Origin: Candidatus Latescibacterota bacterium
GTDB lineage: Bacteria > Latescibacterota > UBA2968 > SICM01
Assembly (NCBI GenBank): GCA_965217865.1
Contig: CBDCJO010000002.1
Coordinates: 4,128,001 to 4,192,000, forward strand
DNA: 64,000 nucleotides
Reading direction: 5' to 3'
Shown piece by piece: positions 8,496 to 18,990 of the stretch. The notes below the pieces were generated by a model that saw only the letters and a program-made list of their open reading frames with translations, was not told where the DNA came from and did no database searches. A program made the position numbers and the translations under genes. Every line of letters begins with the position of its first letter. The first letter of the stretch is position 1.

Positions 8496-9281
8496 ATGCC
8501 CAAAGCGTCCAATTTGATGGACCCAATCAAACGTTCTCAGATCTGGAAGTCGATCTTCCGGCACGACATCCCGTCCGAAGACCGGGGACGGGCACAGGTC
8601 GTTCTGACCAATGTCTTTCTGCACCTCCATCCCGTCCGGACGCCCAAATCAGGGATCCGTGTCCGCTATACGTGGTGCATGGGGGGGCTTACGTTTTTCC
8701 TCTTCCTCGTGGAGACGGTAACGGGCATCCTGTTGATGTTCTATTACCGACCGACTCTGGAGTTCGCCTACACGGATATGATCGACCTCGGTGAGCAGGT
8801 GCCGCTGGGCATCTTGCGGGAGATCCACAGGTGGGGGGCGCACGCGATGGTGTTGAGCGTCTGGCTCCACATGCTTCGGGTGTTCATGACGGGAGCCTAC
8901 AAGCCGCCCAGGGAGTTCAACTGGGCCATCGGCGTTATCCTTCTCATAGTGACACTCTTCCTCAGTTTCACGGGCTACCTGCTTCCCTGGGATCAGCTGG
9001 CCATCTGGGCGGTGACGGTCGGAACGAATATGGCGCGCGCCACCCCCTTCATGGGACACGAGGGGCCCGGCGCGGCATTCTTGAAGTTCGGGGACATCAA
9101 TCTGGTTCACGCCGGGAGCGACGTCCGCTTCGCCTTGCTCGCCGGACGGTTCGTCGGGGAGGGGACGCTGCTCCGCTTCTATGTACTCCACTGCCTGGCC
9201 GTTCCGTTTCTTGCCGCGCTTTTGATGGCGGTACACTTCTGGCGGGTTCGGAAGGACGGCGGCATATCAGGACCGCTGTGA
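8496..9281 (+). CDS. qcrB: Cytochrome b6-like (cytochrome b N-terminal) subunit
   Basis: WCMGG (heme ci Cys), [37 protein letters not shown]. Confidence 0.92.
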   Translation: MPKASNLMDPIKRSQIWKSIFRHDIPSEDRGRAQVVLTNVFLHLHPVRTPKSGIRVRYTWCMGGLTFFLFLVETVTGILLMFYYRPTLEFAYTDMIDLGEQVPLGILREIHRWGAHAMVLSVWLHMLRVFMTGAYKPPREFNWAIGVILLIVTLFLSFTGYLLPWDQLAIWAVTVGTNMARATPFMGHEGPGAAFLKFGDINLVHAGSDVRFALLAGRFVGEGTLLRFYVLHCLAVPFLAALLMAVHFWRVRKDGGISGPL

Positions 9282-9348
9282 TCCGGGACCGCCGATTTCA
9301 TCGCAATCCCACCTTTTTCATTCATTATCTCCCTGGTTATAAAGAATC

Positions 9349-10425
9349 GTGATGTTCCTTAAAGAGGCCATCAATTTCATTTGCACACCCGAATACCTTC
9401 TTCCCCTCTCCGCCGTTCTTTTCCTCCTGGCCCTCCGCACCCGATTGATCTGGACCAACAAGGTCGGGCTGATCGCCCTTATCGGGACGATCGGTTTTTT
9501 TGTTCTCAGCATGTGGGACCCCGATTTCGCGATCATCGTCAAGAAACCGGACAACGTACCGATCGTATCCCTGATCTTTTTGATGGGCTTTTTCATCTGG
9601 TTCAGCATGAAACAGGGATATGAGAACGACGATCGGATCGCAAGGGGGGAGGCGGTGGCTGAGAAGGGGGAATTCCAGGAGAAGATCTTCACCTGGCCTC
9701 ACCTGGTCTACATCGAGTTCATCGCGCTGATCCTGTGCACGGTCCTGCTGGTGGCCTGGTCCATCCTGATCAAAGCCCCGCTGGAAGAGCCCGCGAATCC
9801 CGCCAAGACGCCCAACCCTTCCAAAGCCCCCTGGTACTTTCTCGGCCTGCAGGAGATGCTGGTTTACTTCGACCCATGGATCGCGGGCGTCGTGCTTCCC
9901 GGCATCATCGTCGTGGGCCTGATGGCCATTCCGTACATCGACCGGAACGGCAGAGGATCGGGGTACTACACCTTCAAGCAGAGGCCGTTTGCCATCACGA
10001 TCTTCCTGTTGGGTTTTCTGATCCTGTGGGTGCAGATGGTGGTGCTTGGCACTTTTCTACGGGGGCCGAACTGGAACTTCTTCGGACCGTATGAGTTTTG
10101 GGATATTCACAAGCTTGTTCCTCTGTCGAACGTCAACCTCTCCGAGTACATCTACGTCAAGGGATTTGCGACAGGTCTCCCGAAGAACATCCTCCTGCGG
10201 GAGATGTGGGGGTTTCTGCTGATTTTTCTTTATTTTACAGCGCTTCCACCGATCCTCTCACGGACCTGGTTGAAGGACTTTTATAACCAACTGGGATTCG
10301 TCCGGTACAATGTGCTCGCCTTTCTGCTCTTGACGATGCTCTCGCTCCCCATCAAGATGGTATTAAGATGGGTATTCAACCTGAAATACCTCGTCGCGAT
10401 TCCCGAGTTCTTCTTTAACATATAG
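9349..10425 (+). CDS. Cytochrome b C-terminal / subunit IV-like membrane protein (planctomycete type)
   Basis: PLEEPANPAKTPNPSKAPWYFLGLQE (PEWY-equivalent APWY), PYID, FLRGPNWNFF. Confidence 0.85.
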   Translation: MMFLKEAINFICTPEYLLPLSAVLFLLALRTRLIWTNKVGLIALIGTIGFFVLSMWDPDFAIIVKKPDNVPIVSLIFLMGFFIWFSMKQGYENDDRIARGEAVAEKGEFQEKIFTWPHLVYIEFIALILCTVLLVAWSILIKAPLEEPANPAKTPNPSKAPWYFLGLQEMLVYFDPWIAGVVLPGIIVVGLMAIPYIDRNGRGSGYYTFKQRPFAITIFLLGFLILWVQMVVLGTFLRGPNWNFFGPYEFWDIHKLVPLSNVNLSEYIYVKGFATGLPKNILLREMWGFLLIFLYFTALPPILSRTWLKDFYNQLGFVRYNVLAFLLLTMLSLPIKMVLRWVFNLKYLVAIPEFFFNI

Positions 10426-10430
10426 GAGAA

Positions 10431-10475
10431 AAAACGTCAAACGTGAGACGTGAAAAGGCAGTGGCAGTGGCAGGA
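10431..10475 (+). repeat. Degenerate 6-7-bp tandem repeat tract
   Basis: aaacgtc aaacgtg agacgtg ... gcagtg gcagtg gcag. Similar tracts at 18168, 19968, 21828, 23259 and 28671. Confidence 0.6.
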
Positions 10476-10565
10476 AAAGTGCCAAGACTTGAGAATACAT
10501 TTTGACTTCTGTATCAATCCACTAAAACTTTAACATCTTAGGTATTCTACACAACGGAGCTTCGG

Positions 10566-13556
10566 TTGGAAGCGCCCCATTTCGTCGCTTACGTCTACCG
10601 GATCAACAGGGTCAACGCGATCTTCGCGCTCTCCAGCATCCTGCTCCTGGTCTTCCTGGTCTGGATGGTCTGGCAGGACTTTGACAGGGATTGGAAGCGG
10701 TTTCAGCGGGCGGCCAACCGGCTGGAGATCGCCAAGACGGAGGCCGAGCACGAGATGGCTGCGCAGGAGATCGACCGGGAGAGGCTGGGCCAGCTGGAGA
10801 ACGATCTGGGGGCTGCGCGCTCAAATCTTGCCCTTAGGGAGGGGGAGATCGAAGCCATTCAGGGGAAGGTTGACGACATCTCCGACAGGTTCTACAAGGC
10901 GGATATGGACTTCCGGTTTGCCAAGGCGGATTACGACGTGCTGCGTTTCGAGTATGAGGAGGCCGCCCTGCACTACGGAGAAGACGGGGCTGTGAAGGAG
11001 AAGGAGGAGCTGGACCGGCTCGGGGCCAGGATCAAGGGGGAACTCGCGATCGCGGTCGAGCAGGTCCAGGAGGAGGAGGCCGGGGAAACGAAGCGAATGA
11101 CAGACGCCACAGCGGATCGGGATGAGATCGAACGCCAGATCGCCGCAATGGAGAAGGCGACAAACCGGCTGGATCGGAAGCTGGCCGCCATTGGGGATAA
11201 CTTTTTCAACACCTTCTTCCGCAATCAACCGCTGCTGGATTTTCTGGCCCCGTCGGAGAAGGTCCTCCAGGTCGTGATTCCGGGCATTCTGGATGACGTG
11301 AACTTCGTTCAGGTTCCGAAGGTGGACCGGTGCCAGACGTGCCACCTGAACATCGACCGGCCCGGCTACGAGGTCGACGCTGAGACCGGCTTCTTCCAGG
11401 ATGATGCCCTCCGGGAACACATGGAGAAGGAACATGCGGACCTGTCGGAGCGGAAGGCCAATACCCGGGTGTTTGCGACCCACCCGAACCCGGACCTGGT
11501 TCTCGGGGGGGGGTCCCCACACCCGATCGAAAATTCGGGATGCACTATCTGTCACCTTGGCCGGGGGCGGGGGACCACGTTCACGAACACGGCGCACACC
11601 CCGAAGGATGTCGAAGAGGAAAATGCGTGGGAGGAACGTTACGGGTGGCATAAGATGCATTATTGGGAGCATCCGATGCTTCCGATGATCTACTCCGAGG
11701 CGATGTGCGCGAAGTGCCACAAGGGCGTGGTGGACATCCCGAAAGCGGACAGGCTGAATCGGGGGAGGCAGCTTGTTGAAACCCTGGGATGTTTCGGGTG
11801 TCACAAGATCGGGGGCTACGAAGGGCTGCGGAAGGTGGGGCCGGATCTGACGAGGATCAGGGGGAAGCTGGAACCGGAATGGGTTTCCAAATGGGTGAAC
11901 AACCCGAAGGACTTCCGGCCGACGACCAAGATGCCGCGCTTCTTCCATCTGTCGAACACAAGCGAACCCGAGGACCGGGCTCGAAGCATTGCGTTGATCA
12001 ATGGGATCACGGCTTATCTGTTCGAGAACTCGGAGGGGTCGTCCTATCCCCCGCCGCCTGTTCGGGGAAACCCGTCTCGAGGCCGAGAGCTGGTGGAGAA
12101 GGTGGGGTGCAAGGGCTGTCACGTGGTGGGTAGGGTGGATCAGACCGAGCGGTCGTACGACGACCGGAGCTTCGGTCCGAACCTGAACCAGATCGGGAGC
12201 AAGGTGAAGCTCGGGTGGCTGTTCGCGTGGCTGAAGGACCCTCACGACTACTTCCCGGAGACGCGCATGCCGGACCTCCGGTTGACGGATCAGGAAGCTT
12301 CGGACATCGCTGCGTATCTGATGATCTTCACGAATTCCGAATTCGAAGGAATGAGCCCGGAACGGACCGAGGACGCGGCCCGGGACGAGATGGCGTTTTT
12401 CTACTTGCGCGCCAAGATGACGGACAAACTGGCGCGAAAGAAACTTTCGGAGATGTCGGTCCGGGAAAAGGATCTGTTCCTGGGCGAACTGGCGATCTCC
12501 CGGCAGGGCTGCTACGGGTGCCACATCATCGGAGGATTCGAGAAGGCGCAGAAGATCGGGACCGAGCTGACGGTGGCGGGGGACAAGGCGATCGACAGGC
12601 TGGAATTCGGGTTCATCGACATCCCGAAAACACGGCACGATTGGTTCTTCCAGAAGCTGAAGGACCCCCGGGTCTTCGACGAAGGGAAGTTTAAGGCCTA
12701 CGACGAGAAGCTTCGGATGCCGAATTTCAATCTATCGGATGAAGACATCCATTCCATCACGATGGCGCTTCTGAGCTTCACGAAGGACGACGTCCCCCTG
12801 AGGAGCAAGAAGAATCTTTCTCCCTCTGAAATTGCGGTCGTGCGGGGACAACGCCTGGTCCGAGACCACAACTGCAGGGGGTGCCATATCATCGAGGATG
12901 CCGGGGGTGCGATCCGTCCATCAATCGCAGGGGCCTACGCGGAGGAGGGGCGTTCGGAGGCGGATGCCCTGGCCTTCAGCCCGCCTGTGCTTCACGGAGA
13001 AGGGGCGAAAGTCCAACCCGAATGGCTGTTTGAATTTTTGAAAAAGCCGACTCCGATCCGTCCCTGGCTGGAGGTGAGGATGCCGACGTTCGGGTTCTCC
13101 GACGGGGAAGCAACCGATATCGCCAAATATTTCTCCGCGCTCGACAACGAGGTCTTTCCTTACGAGACCATCCCGGAAAAAAGGATGAGGGGGAGGGAAA
13201 TGCGTGGGGCGCAGAAACTGTTCAGCAAGGAATATTTCGATTGCCTGAACTGCCACCAGGAGGGAGAGAAGAAACCCCTCGGGGATCCGTCGCGATGGGC
13301 CCCGGACCTGGCCAACGCGAGGGATCGGCTGAGGCCGAAGTGGATCGCGGATTGGTTGCGCGATCCGCAGAAGATCCAGCCCGGTACGAAGATGCCAAGC
13401 TTCTTCGACGAGATGATCTATTTGCCGGAGGAGATGAACCAATACCTGACCCTTCCGGAGGGCGTTGTTCCGGAGGACGGTCTGATTGAGATTCCGAGCC
13501 GGCCGGTGATCAATCTGGTGACCGATCACATTGTTTACGGGATGCATCAGAATTGA
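10566..13556 (+). CDS. Membrane-anchored octaheme cytochrome c (bc-complex cytochrome subunit)
   Basis: Eight CxxCH motifs (CQTCH, CTICH, CAKCH, CFGCH, CKGCH, CYGCH, CRGCH, CLNCH), an N-terminal TM helix and a coiled coil. Start uncertain. Confidence 0.9.
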   Translation: MEAPHFVAYVYRINRVNAIFALSSILLLVFLVWMVWQDFDRDWKRFQRAANRLEIAKTEAEHEMAAQEIDRERLGQLENDLGAARSNLALREGEIEAIQGKVDDISDRFYKADMDFRFAKADYDVLRFEYEEAALHYGEDGAVKEKEELDRLGARIKGELAIAVEQVQEEEAGETKRMTDATADRDEIERQIAAMEKATNRLDRKLAAIGDNFFNTFFRNQPLLDFLAPSEKVLQVVIPGILDDVNFVQVPKVDRCQTCHLNIDRPGYEVDAETGFFQDDALREHMEKEHADLSERKANTRVFATHPNPDLVLGGGSPHPIENSGCTICHLGRGRGTTFTNTAHTPKDVEEENAWEERYGWHKMHYWEHPMLPMIYSEAMCAKCHKGVVDIPKADRLNRGRQLVETLGCFGCHKIGGYEGLRKVGPDLTRIRGKLEPEWVSKWVNNPKDFRPTTKMPRFFHLSNTSEPEDRARSIALINGITAYLFENSEGSSYPPPPVRGNPSRGRELVEKVGCKGCHVVGRVDQTERSYDDRSFGPNLNQIGSKVKLGWLFAWLKDPHDYFPETRMPDLRLTDQEASDIAAYLMIFTNSEFEGMSPERTEDAARDEMAFFYLRAKMTDKLARKKLSEMSVREKDLFLGELAISRQGCYGCHIIGGFEKAQKIGTELTVAGDKAIDRLEFGFIDIPKTRHDWFFQKLKDPRVFDEGKFKAYDEKLRMPNFNLSDEDIHSITMALLSFTKDDVPLRSKKNLSPSEIAVVRGQRLVRDHNCRGCHIIEDAGGAIRPSIAGAYAEEGRSEADALAFSPPVLHGEGAKVQPEWLFEFLKKPTPIRPWLEVRMPTFGFSDGEATDIAKYFSALDNEVFPYETIPEKRMRGREMRGAQKLFSKEYFDCLNCHQEGEKKPLGDPSRWAPDLANARDRLRPKWIADWLRDPQKIQPGTKMPSFFDEMIYLPEEMNQYLTLPEGVVPEDGLIEIPSRPVINLVTDHIVYGMHQN

Positions 13557-13599
13557 TGGGCAAACTTAACGCAACCAACCTTTTACAGGGGGATGTTCG

Positions 13600-14328
13600 A
13601 TGAAGTACCGATATTTAACGGTGGTTATGGGGATATCAGCCCTGCTGGTTGTCCCGGATGTCCTCACGGCGGGGGGGACGGTTTCCGGTAAGATCGTCTA
13701 TGACGGAAAGGTGCCGGGCAGACGGAAAATCCAGATGGCGGCCGACCCGATCTGCGCGGCGAAGCATACCACGACCGTCCGCAGCGAGGCGATGATCGTG
13801 AATGAGAACGGGACGCTGAAGAATGTCTTCGTATACGTGAAGAAAGGGCTGGAGGGGAAGACGTTCGAGACGCCGACCGAACCGGTTGTCCTGGACCAGA
13901 ACGGCTGCATCTATAAGCCGCACGTGCTCGGCGTGCAGGCGGGGCAGCCGGTAAAGATCCTGAACAACGACGGGACGCTCCACAACATCCATCCCAAGCC
14001 GAAGGTGAACGAAGAGTTCAACCTGGCCATGCCGAAGTTCTTGAAGAAGAAGATCCGGACGTTCGAGAAGGCGGAGGTGATGATCCCGGTGAAGTGCGAC
14101 GTGCACCCGTGGATGCAGAGCTTCATCGGCGTCCTGGATCATCCTTTCTACAGCGTGAGTGGGGATGAAGGGGGATTTGAGTTCAAGGCATTGGGCGCCG
14201 GGACGTACACGATCGAGGCCTGGCACGAGATCTGCGGTTCGCAGACGCAGGAGGTCTCAGTGAAGGACGGCGAAGAAACGGCGGTCGAGTTCACGTTCAA
14301 GTTGCCCGCTCGGAAGAAGAAAAAATGA
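13600..14328 (+). CDS. Periplasmic cupredoxin-like / carboxypeptidase-regulatory-like domain protein
   Basis: Signal peptide; LDQNGCIYKPHV, HNIH, KCDVHPWM, GTYTIEAWHE. Confidence 0.8.
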   Translation: MKYRYLTVVMGISALLVVPDVLTAGGTVSGKIVYDGKVPGRRKIQMAADPICAAKHTTTVRSEAMIVNENGTLKNVFVYVKKGLEGKTFETPTEPVVLDQNGCIYKPHVLGVQAGQPVKILNNDGTLHNIHPKPKVNEEFNLAMPKFLKKKIRTFEKAEVMIPVKCDVHPWMQSFIGVLDHPFYSVSGDEGGFEFKALGAGTYTIEAWHEICGSQTQEVSVKDGEETAVEFTFKLPARKKKK

Positions 14329-14424
14329 AGGAACAATCGGGGAAGGTCATTCGGGGTTAGGTCAGACCCATAATTGAATCCTGGTTGTTCATCAAGAACA
14401 TTCTGCAGCAGATTTTTCTCGGGC

Positions 14425-14471
14425 GCCCTTCGACTCCGTTCCGCAAAAAACGCGGAACTCCGCTCAGGGTG
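14425..14471 (+). repeat. REP-like palindrome
   Basis: CCCTTCGACTCC-GTTCCGC-aaaaaac-GCGGAAC-TCCGCTCAGGG. Confidence 0.7.
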
Positions 14472-14598
14472 TTTTCATTATGGTTTATGATTCCCTTAAC
14501 TATCGCGGGGTTCAATTTGCTCAGCCGAAACCAAAAAAAATGTCCGCATCTTCCGTGACTGTTGTAATGTAAGACTCTAATAGAGGGAGGGGCCCTGG

Positions 14599-15363
14599 AT
14601 GGAGGAAAAGCTCTACGGATACTGGCTTCCGATAAACGTCTCGACTTACGGCGGTGAGGTCGATCGTCTGATTAACGTGACGCACTGGATTATGATTGCC
14701 CTGTTCGTCGGGTGGGGGATCTATTTCTTCTACTGCCTGATCCGGTTTCGGGAGCGTTCCGACCAGGGGGCGGTCTATCAGCCGATCCGGGCGAAGGCCT
14801 CAAAATATGTCGAGATCGCGGTGATCGTCGCGGAGGCGGTCCTGCTGATCGGTTTTTCGATGCCGGTCTGGGCGCACTTCAAGCACGATTTCCCGGCGGA
14901 GAAAGATGCGCTTGTCCTGCGTGTGGTCGCAGAACAGTTCGCGTGGAACATCCACTATCCCGGGAGAGACGGGATATTCGGGAGGGCCGCGTCGGAATTC
15001 ATCAGCCCGAACAATCTTCTCGGCCTGGACCCGGACGATCCAAACGGGGGGGATGACCTCAACGCGATCAACCAGCTCCATTTTCCCGTCGACAAGCCTG
15101 TCATCGTCGATCTGTCGTCCAAGGACGTCATCCACAGCTTCAAGATTCCGGTGATGAGATTGACTCAGGACGCGATTCCGGGGACCCCGATCCGAATCTG
15201 GTTTAAGGCCAACAAGACAGGCACGTTCGATCTTGCCTGTGCCCAGCTCTGCGGGCTGGGCCATTACCGGATGAAGGGGACGGTCAGCATCGATACCCCT
15301 GAGGCGTTTACGGAGTGGCTGGAAGGGCAGTATGCCGACCTTGAGGAGGAGTTCGCCTTTTAA
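14599..15363 (+). CDS. coxB: Cytochrome c oxidase subunit II
   Basis: Two TM helices, QFAW, DVIHSF, CuA motif CAQLCGLGHYRM. Confidence 0.93.
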   Translation: MEEKLYGYWLPINVSTYGGEVDRLINVTHWIMIALFVGWGIYFFYCLIRFRERSDQGAVYQPIRAKASKYVEIAVIVAEAVLLIGFSMPVWAHFKHDFPAEKDALVLRVVAEQFAWNIHYPGRDGIFGRAASEFISPNNLLGLDPDDPNGGDDLNAINQLHFPVDKPVIVDLSSKDVIHSFKIPVMRLTQDAIPGTPIRIWFKANKTGTFDLACAQLCGLGHYRMKGTVSIDTPEAFTEWLEGQYADLEEEFAF

Positions 15364-15375
15364 GGAGTCTTATCT

Positions 15376-17154
15376 ATGAGCACGGAACACGCTGAAGGTC
15401 ACGAGGAATTGGGATTCTGGCGAAATTACATCTTTTCCGTGGACCACAAGGTCATCGGGATCCAGTACACGATCACCGCGCTGGTGTTTCTTCTGATCGG
15501 GTTCAGCCTGATGATGCTGATGCGGTGGCAGCTGGCCTACCCGGGCCAGGCGCTTCCGTTCCTGGGCGGGCTTTTCGGGGAGCTCAACATGCCGGAGGGG
15601 GCGATGGTCCCGGAGTTCTACAACCAGCTCGGCGCGATGCACGGGACCATCATGGTCTTTTTGGGGGTCGTGCCCCTGGCGGTGGGCGGGTTCGGCAACT
15701 ATGTCCTTCCGCTTATGATCGGTGCCCCGGACATGGCGTTTCCCAAGATCAACATGGCGAGTTACTGGGCCCTGTTTGTGGGCGGTATCGTGATGCTCTA
15801 CAGTTTCTTCGTCCCGGGTGGGGCCGCGCAGTCCGGTTGGACGTCCTACACCCCGCTGGCCGACATCGCCCCGACGGGACAGACGTATTGGTTGATCGGG
15901 ATGATCTTTCTGATTACCTCATCGCTTCTGGGATCCCTGAATTTCATCGTCACGACGGTGCAGCTCAGGGCCGAGGGCCTGAGCTTCTTCAAGCTGCCGT
16001 TTTTCGTCTGGTCACAGTTTGTGACGGCTTTCCTGCTCCTCCTGGCGTTTCCGCCCCTGGAGGCCGCAGGCGTGCTCCAGTTGATGGACCGCCTGGCCGG
16101 AACGAGTTTCTTCCTCCCCAGCGGGCTGGTGGTGACGAACGAGCCCCTGGAGGTCAGCGGGGGCGGGAGCCCCCTGCTCTGGCAGCACCTGTTCTGGTTC
16201 CTCGCTCACCCCGAGGTCTATGTGTTGATCCTGCCCGGTATGGGGATCGTGGCCGAGGTGATCGCCAACAACACCCGGAAGCCGCTGTGGGGTTACCGGC
16301 CAATGGTCTACTCGCTGATCTTCCTGGGATTCATGTCGTTCATCGTCTGGGCGCATCACATGTTCATGACGGGTATGGGGACCACGATGAGCACGTTCTT
16401 CCAGACCACGACGATGATCATCTCGATTCCCTCGATCATCATTCTGACCGCTCTGGCCCTCAGCCTGCACGGCGGGTCCATCCGATTCACCGTCCCGATG
16501 CTCTTCGCACTGGCGTTTATCCCGATGTTCGCGATCGGCGGGCTCACGGGACTGCCCCTCGGGCTCACGACGGCCGACCTGCACCTTCACGACACCTACT
16601 ACGTGATCGGACACTTCCACTATATTGTGGCCCCGGGGACGATCTTCGCGCTGTTCTCCGGGATCTACTACTGGTTCCCGAAGGTCACGGGACGGATGAT
16701 GAATGCCACACTGGGGAAGATTCACTTCTGGCTATCGCTCATCTTCATGAACGGCGTCTTCATGCCGATGCTCTTCATCGGCATGACCGGGGTTTCCCGG
16801 CGGCTTTACGACCAGACGCAGTATGCATTCGGGGCCGAAGTGCAAGGCCTCACGGTGATGGGTTCGTGGTCGGCATGGCTTCTGGCGATTGCCCAGATTC
16901 CGTTCATCATCAACCTGATCGTGAGCCTTCGGAAGCGGGAGAAGGTTACGTCGGACAATCCGTGGGAGGCGACGACCCTGGAGTGGGCGACGCCCACCCC
17001 GCCCCCGCACGGAAACTTCCTCACGACCCCGAAGGTGTATCGCGGGCCCTACGAGTACAGCGTGCCGGGAAGGTCAACAGATTTCTGGCCGCAGAACCAG
17101 CCCGAGGAGGCTCCCCCGAAGCAACCCACGCAGCCGCAACCTGTATCGGGGTAA
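15376..17154 (+). CDS. coxA: Cytochrome c oxidase subunit I (A-family, Glu-type HPEVY)
   Basis: DHKVIG, HGTIM, WFLAHPEVY, WAHHM, HDTYYVIGHFHY. Confidence 0.95.
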   Translation: MSTEHAEGHEELGFWRNYIFSVDHKVIGIQYTITALVFLLIGFSLMMLMRWQLAYPGQALPFLGGLFGELNMPEGAMVPEFYNQLGAMHGTIMVFLGVVPLAVGGFGNYVLPLMIGAPDMAFPKINMASYWALFVGGIVMLYSFFVPGGAAQSGWTSYTPLADIAPTGQTYWLIGMIFLITSSLLGSLNFIVTTVQLRAEGLSFFKLPFFVWSQFVTAFLLLLAFPPLEAAGVLQLMDRLAGTSFFLPSGLVVTNEPLEVSGGGSPLLWQHLFWFLAHPEVYVLILPGMGIVAEVIANNTRKPLWGYRPMVYSLIFLGFMSFIVWAHHMFMTGMGTTMSTFFQTTTMIISIPSIIILTALALSLHGGSIRFTVPMLFALAFIPMFAIGGLTGLPLGLTTADLHLHDTYYVIGHFHYIVAPGTIFALFSGIYYWFPKVTGRMMNATLGKIHFWLSLIFMNGVFMPMLFIGMTGVSRRLYDQTQYAFGAEVQGLTVMGSWSAWLLAIAQIPFIINLIVSLRKREKVTSDNPWEATTLEWATPTPPPHGNFLTTPKVYRGPYEYSVPGRSTDFWPQNQPEEAPPKQPTQPQPVSG

Positions 17155-17200
17155 CGGTTGCTCTGCGCTCATGAACAGAAGGTGACAGGAGGCGTCGATC

Positions 17201-17803
17201 GTGTCTGCCGAGGTTGAGATTCCATACGCTGTGAAACCCCATCCCATCACGGGGATTCCCAACGGAAAGTTGGGTATCTGGTTGTTTCTGGCCTCTGAGG
17301 TCATGCTTTTCGGGGCCCTGTTCTCTACGTACGTGCTGCTTCGCGTGGGCGCCGATACCTGGCCCAACGGATGGGACCTGCTGAATGTCCCCCTGGCGAC
17401 CTTAAACACGATGGTGCTGATTCTGTCGAGCGTTACCATGGTGATGGCATGGGCGTCTCTGAAGATGGAGAATTTCGGAAAGTTCCGGTTCTATCTGGGG
17501 TCGACAATCGTGCTGGCGCTGGTCTTCCTGGTGGTGAAATACATCGAGTACACGGCCAAGTTCGACCACCACATCTATCCGTCCACGAGCACGTTCTACG
17601 CGATCTATTTCACGCTGACCGGTCTCCACGGCCTCCACATCATCGGCGGGGTGCTGGTGAACACCTACCTGCTGCTGCCGGGCAGCGCGTTATGGCGGAC
17701 GGATCCTGAGCGGTTCACGAACCGGATCGAGTACGCGGGACTCTACTGGCACTTTGTAGACCTTGTCTGGATCTTCCTTTTTCCGGTCCTTTATCTCCTG
17801 TGA
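17201..17803 (+). CDS. coxC: Cytochrome c oxidase subunit III
   Basis: WLFLASEVMLF, TGLHGLH, YWHFVDLVWIFLF. Confidence 0.93.
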   Translation: MSAEVEIPYAVKPHPITGIPNGKLGIWLFLASEVMLFGALFSTYVLLRVGADTWPNGWDLLNVPLATLNTMVLILSSVTMVMAWASLKMENFGKFRFYLGSTIVLALVFLVVKYIEYTAKFDHHIYPSTSTFYAIYFTLTGLHGLHIIGGVLVNTYLLLPGSALWRTDPERFTNRIEYAGLYWHFVDLVWIFLFPVLYLL

Positions 17804-17858
17804 TGTCAGCGGATCTTATCGAATATCGCGGGAGACCTCAAGATAAAGGAGCCTTTAT

Positions 17859-18158
17859 ATGGACACTGTGAACCAAGAAGAGATCAAGAAACACGTCAGG
17901 GTCTACCTGATGGTGTTCGTCGCCCTGGCGGCATTGACGGCGGTGACGGTGGGGGTGGCCACCATCAGGTTGCCGATTCACTTGGCGGTTGGCCTCGCGC
18001 TGATTATCGCCACGGTGAAAGGCTCGTTGGTCGCCTGCTATTTCATGCACCTGATCTCTGAGGTCAAGGTGATTTACTGGGTGCTGATCATTACGGTGGC
18101 GTTTTTCATCGTCTTGATGTTGGTTCCTTCTCTCACCATGTTCGAGGGAGCGGGGTAG
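17859..18158 (+). CDS. Cytochrome c oxidase subunit IV family
   Basis: Three TM helices; IATVKGSLVACYFMHL. Confidence 0.88.
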   Translation: MDTVNQEEIKKHVRVYLMVFVALAALTAVTVGVATIRLPIHLAVGLALIIATVKGSLVACYFMHLISEVKVIYWVLIITVAFFIVLMLVPSLTMFEGAG

Positions 18159-18167
18159 GGGCCTTGG

Positions 18168-18345
18168 AAATGCAAAATGCAAAATGGAAAGTCAGAAGTC
18201 GAAGTCAGATGTCAGAGGTCGGAGGTCAGGGGGAATGAAGATTGAAGATCGACGATTGAAGATTGAGAAAACGTAAGCGTCAGACGTGAAGAAGGCAAAA
18301 GGCAGTGGCAGGAAGAGCAAAGGCAGCAGTAGTGGCAGTAGCGAA
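18168..18345 (+). repeat. Mosaic of degenerate 6-7-bp tandem repeats
   Basis: aaatgca x3, gtcagag/gtcggag, aagattg, aaacgt/agacgt, gcagtg/gcagta. Confidence 0.65.
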
Positions 18346-18439
18346 GCCGGCGATCGTTAGGGAATCATAAACGTCGCGCCGAAAGCAATGGTTCAGGTTC
18401 TGACAATACAAATTGACGTTCGTGACAATCCATACCGAT

Positions 18440-18646
18440 ATGTCTCTTAAAGCGTTCCACGTGGTTTTTATCTTCGTATCGACCGCCCTGACGGTCGGTT
18501 TCGGTTTCTGGTCCATTCGGGATTATCTCCATTCCGGAAATCCGGCAAGCCTGGCGATGGCGATCGGGGCCTTTGTCGGGTTTGTCGTTCTGGTGTGGTA
18601 TGCGAGGTGGTTCCTGCGCAAGCTAAAACACCTGAGCTATCTATGA
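18440..18646 (+). CDS. Small two-TM protein
   Basis: MSLKAFHVVFI...; its stop overlaps the next ATG (ATGA). Confidence 0.7.
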   Translation: MSLKAFHVVFIFVSTALTVGFGFWSIRDYLHSGNPASLAMAIGAFVGFVVLVWYARWFLRKLKHLSYL

Positions 18647-18978
18647 TCCGCGTTTTTCGTCATCTTTCCGCCGTAGTCCTGGCGTGTTGGGGAACCCTTC
18701 TGTATTCCAGGACCGCTGCGGCGTGCGCTGTATGCTTCGGCTCACCGGACTCGGCGATGGCACAAGGCGCAAAAGCGGGCATCCTCATCCTGCTGGGCGT
18801 CATCGGCGCGGTGTTGACGTGGATCGTGGCGGTCACCGTGTTCTGGATCCGGAGGGCCCGCAGGCTCCAGGCGGATGCCGTACCCCGTGCTGAATTTGTA
18901 GCGTTCGAGCCAGATCGGTTACAGCCCGAGATCCCAGGACGAAACGGACGGGATGTCGTTGCGGACGTGGAAAGATAG
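18643..18978 (+). CDS. Small exported/membrane protein with CxxC motif
   Basis: Signal peptide, then ACAVCFG, then a TM helix. Translationally coupled to the previous gene. Confidence 0.7.
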   Translation: MIRVFRHLSAVVLACWGTLLYSRTAAACAVCFGSPDSAMAQGAKAGILILLGVIGAVLTWIVAVTVFWIRRARRLQADAVPRAEFVAFEPDRLQPEIPGRNGRDVVADVER

Positions 18979-18990
18979 AGAGGAAACCGG

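Noticed and set aside
10821-17174. Long alternative ORFs (10821-12638 minus, 15525-17174 plus, and similar)
   Set aside because: Shadow frames of high-GC genes, overlapping well-supported CDSs, with no motifs.
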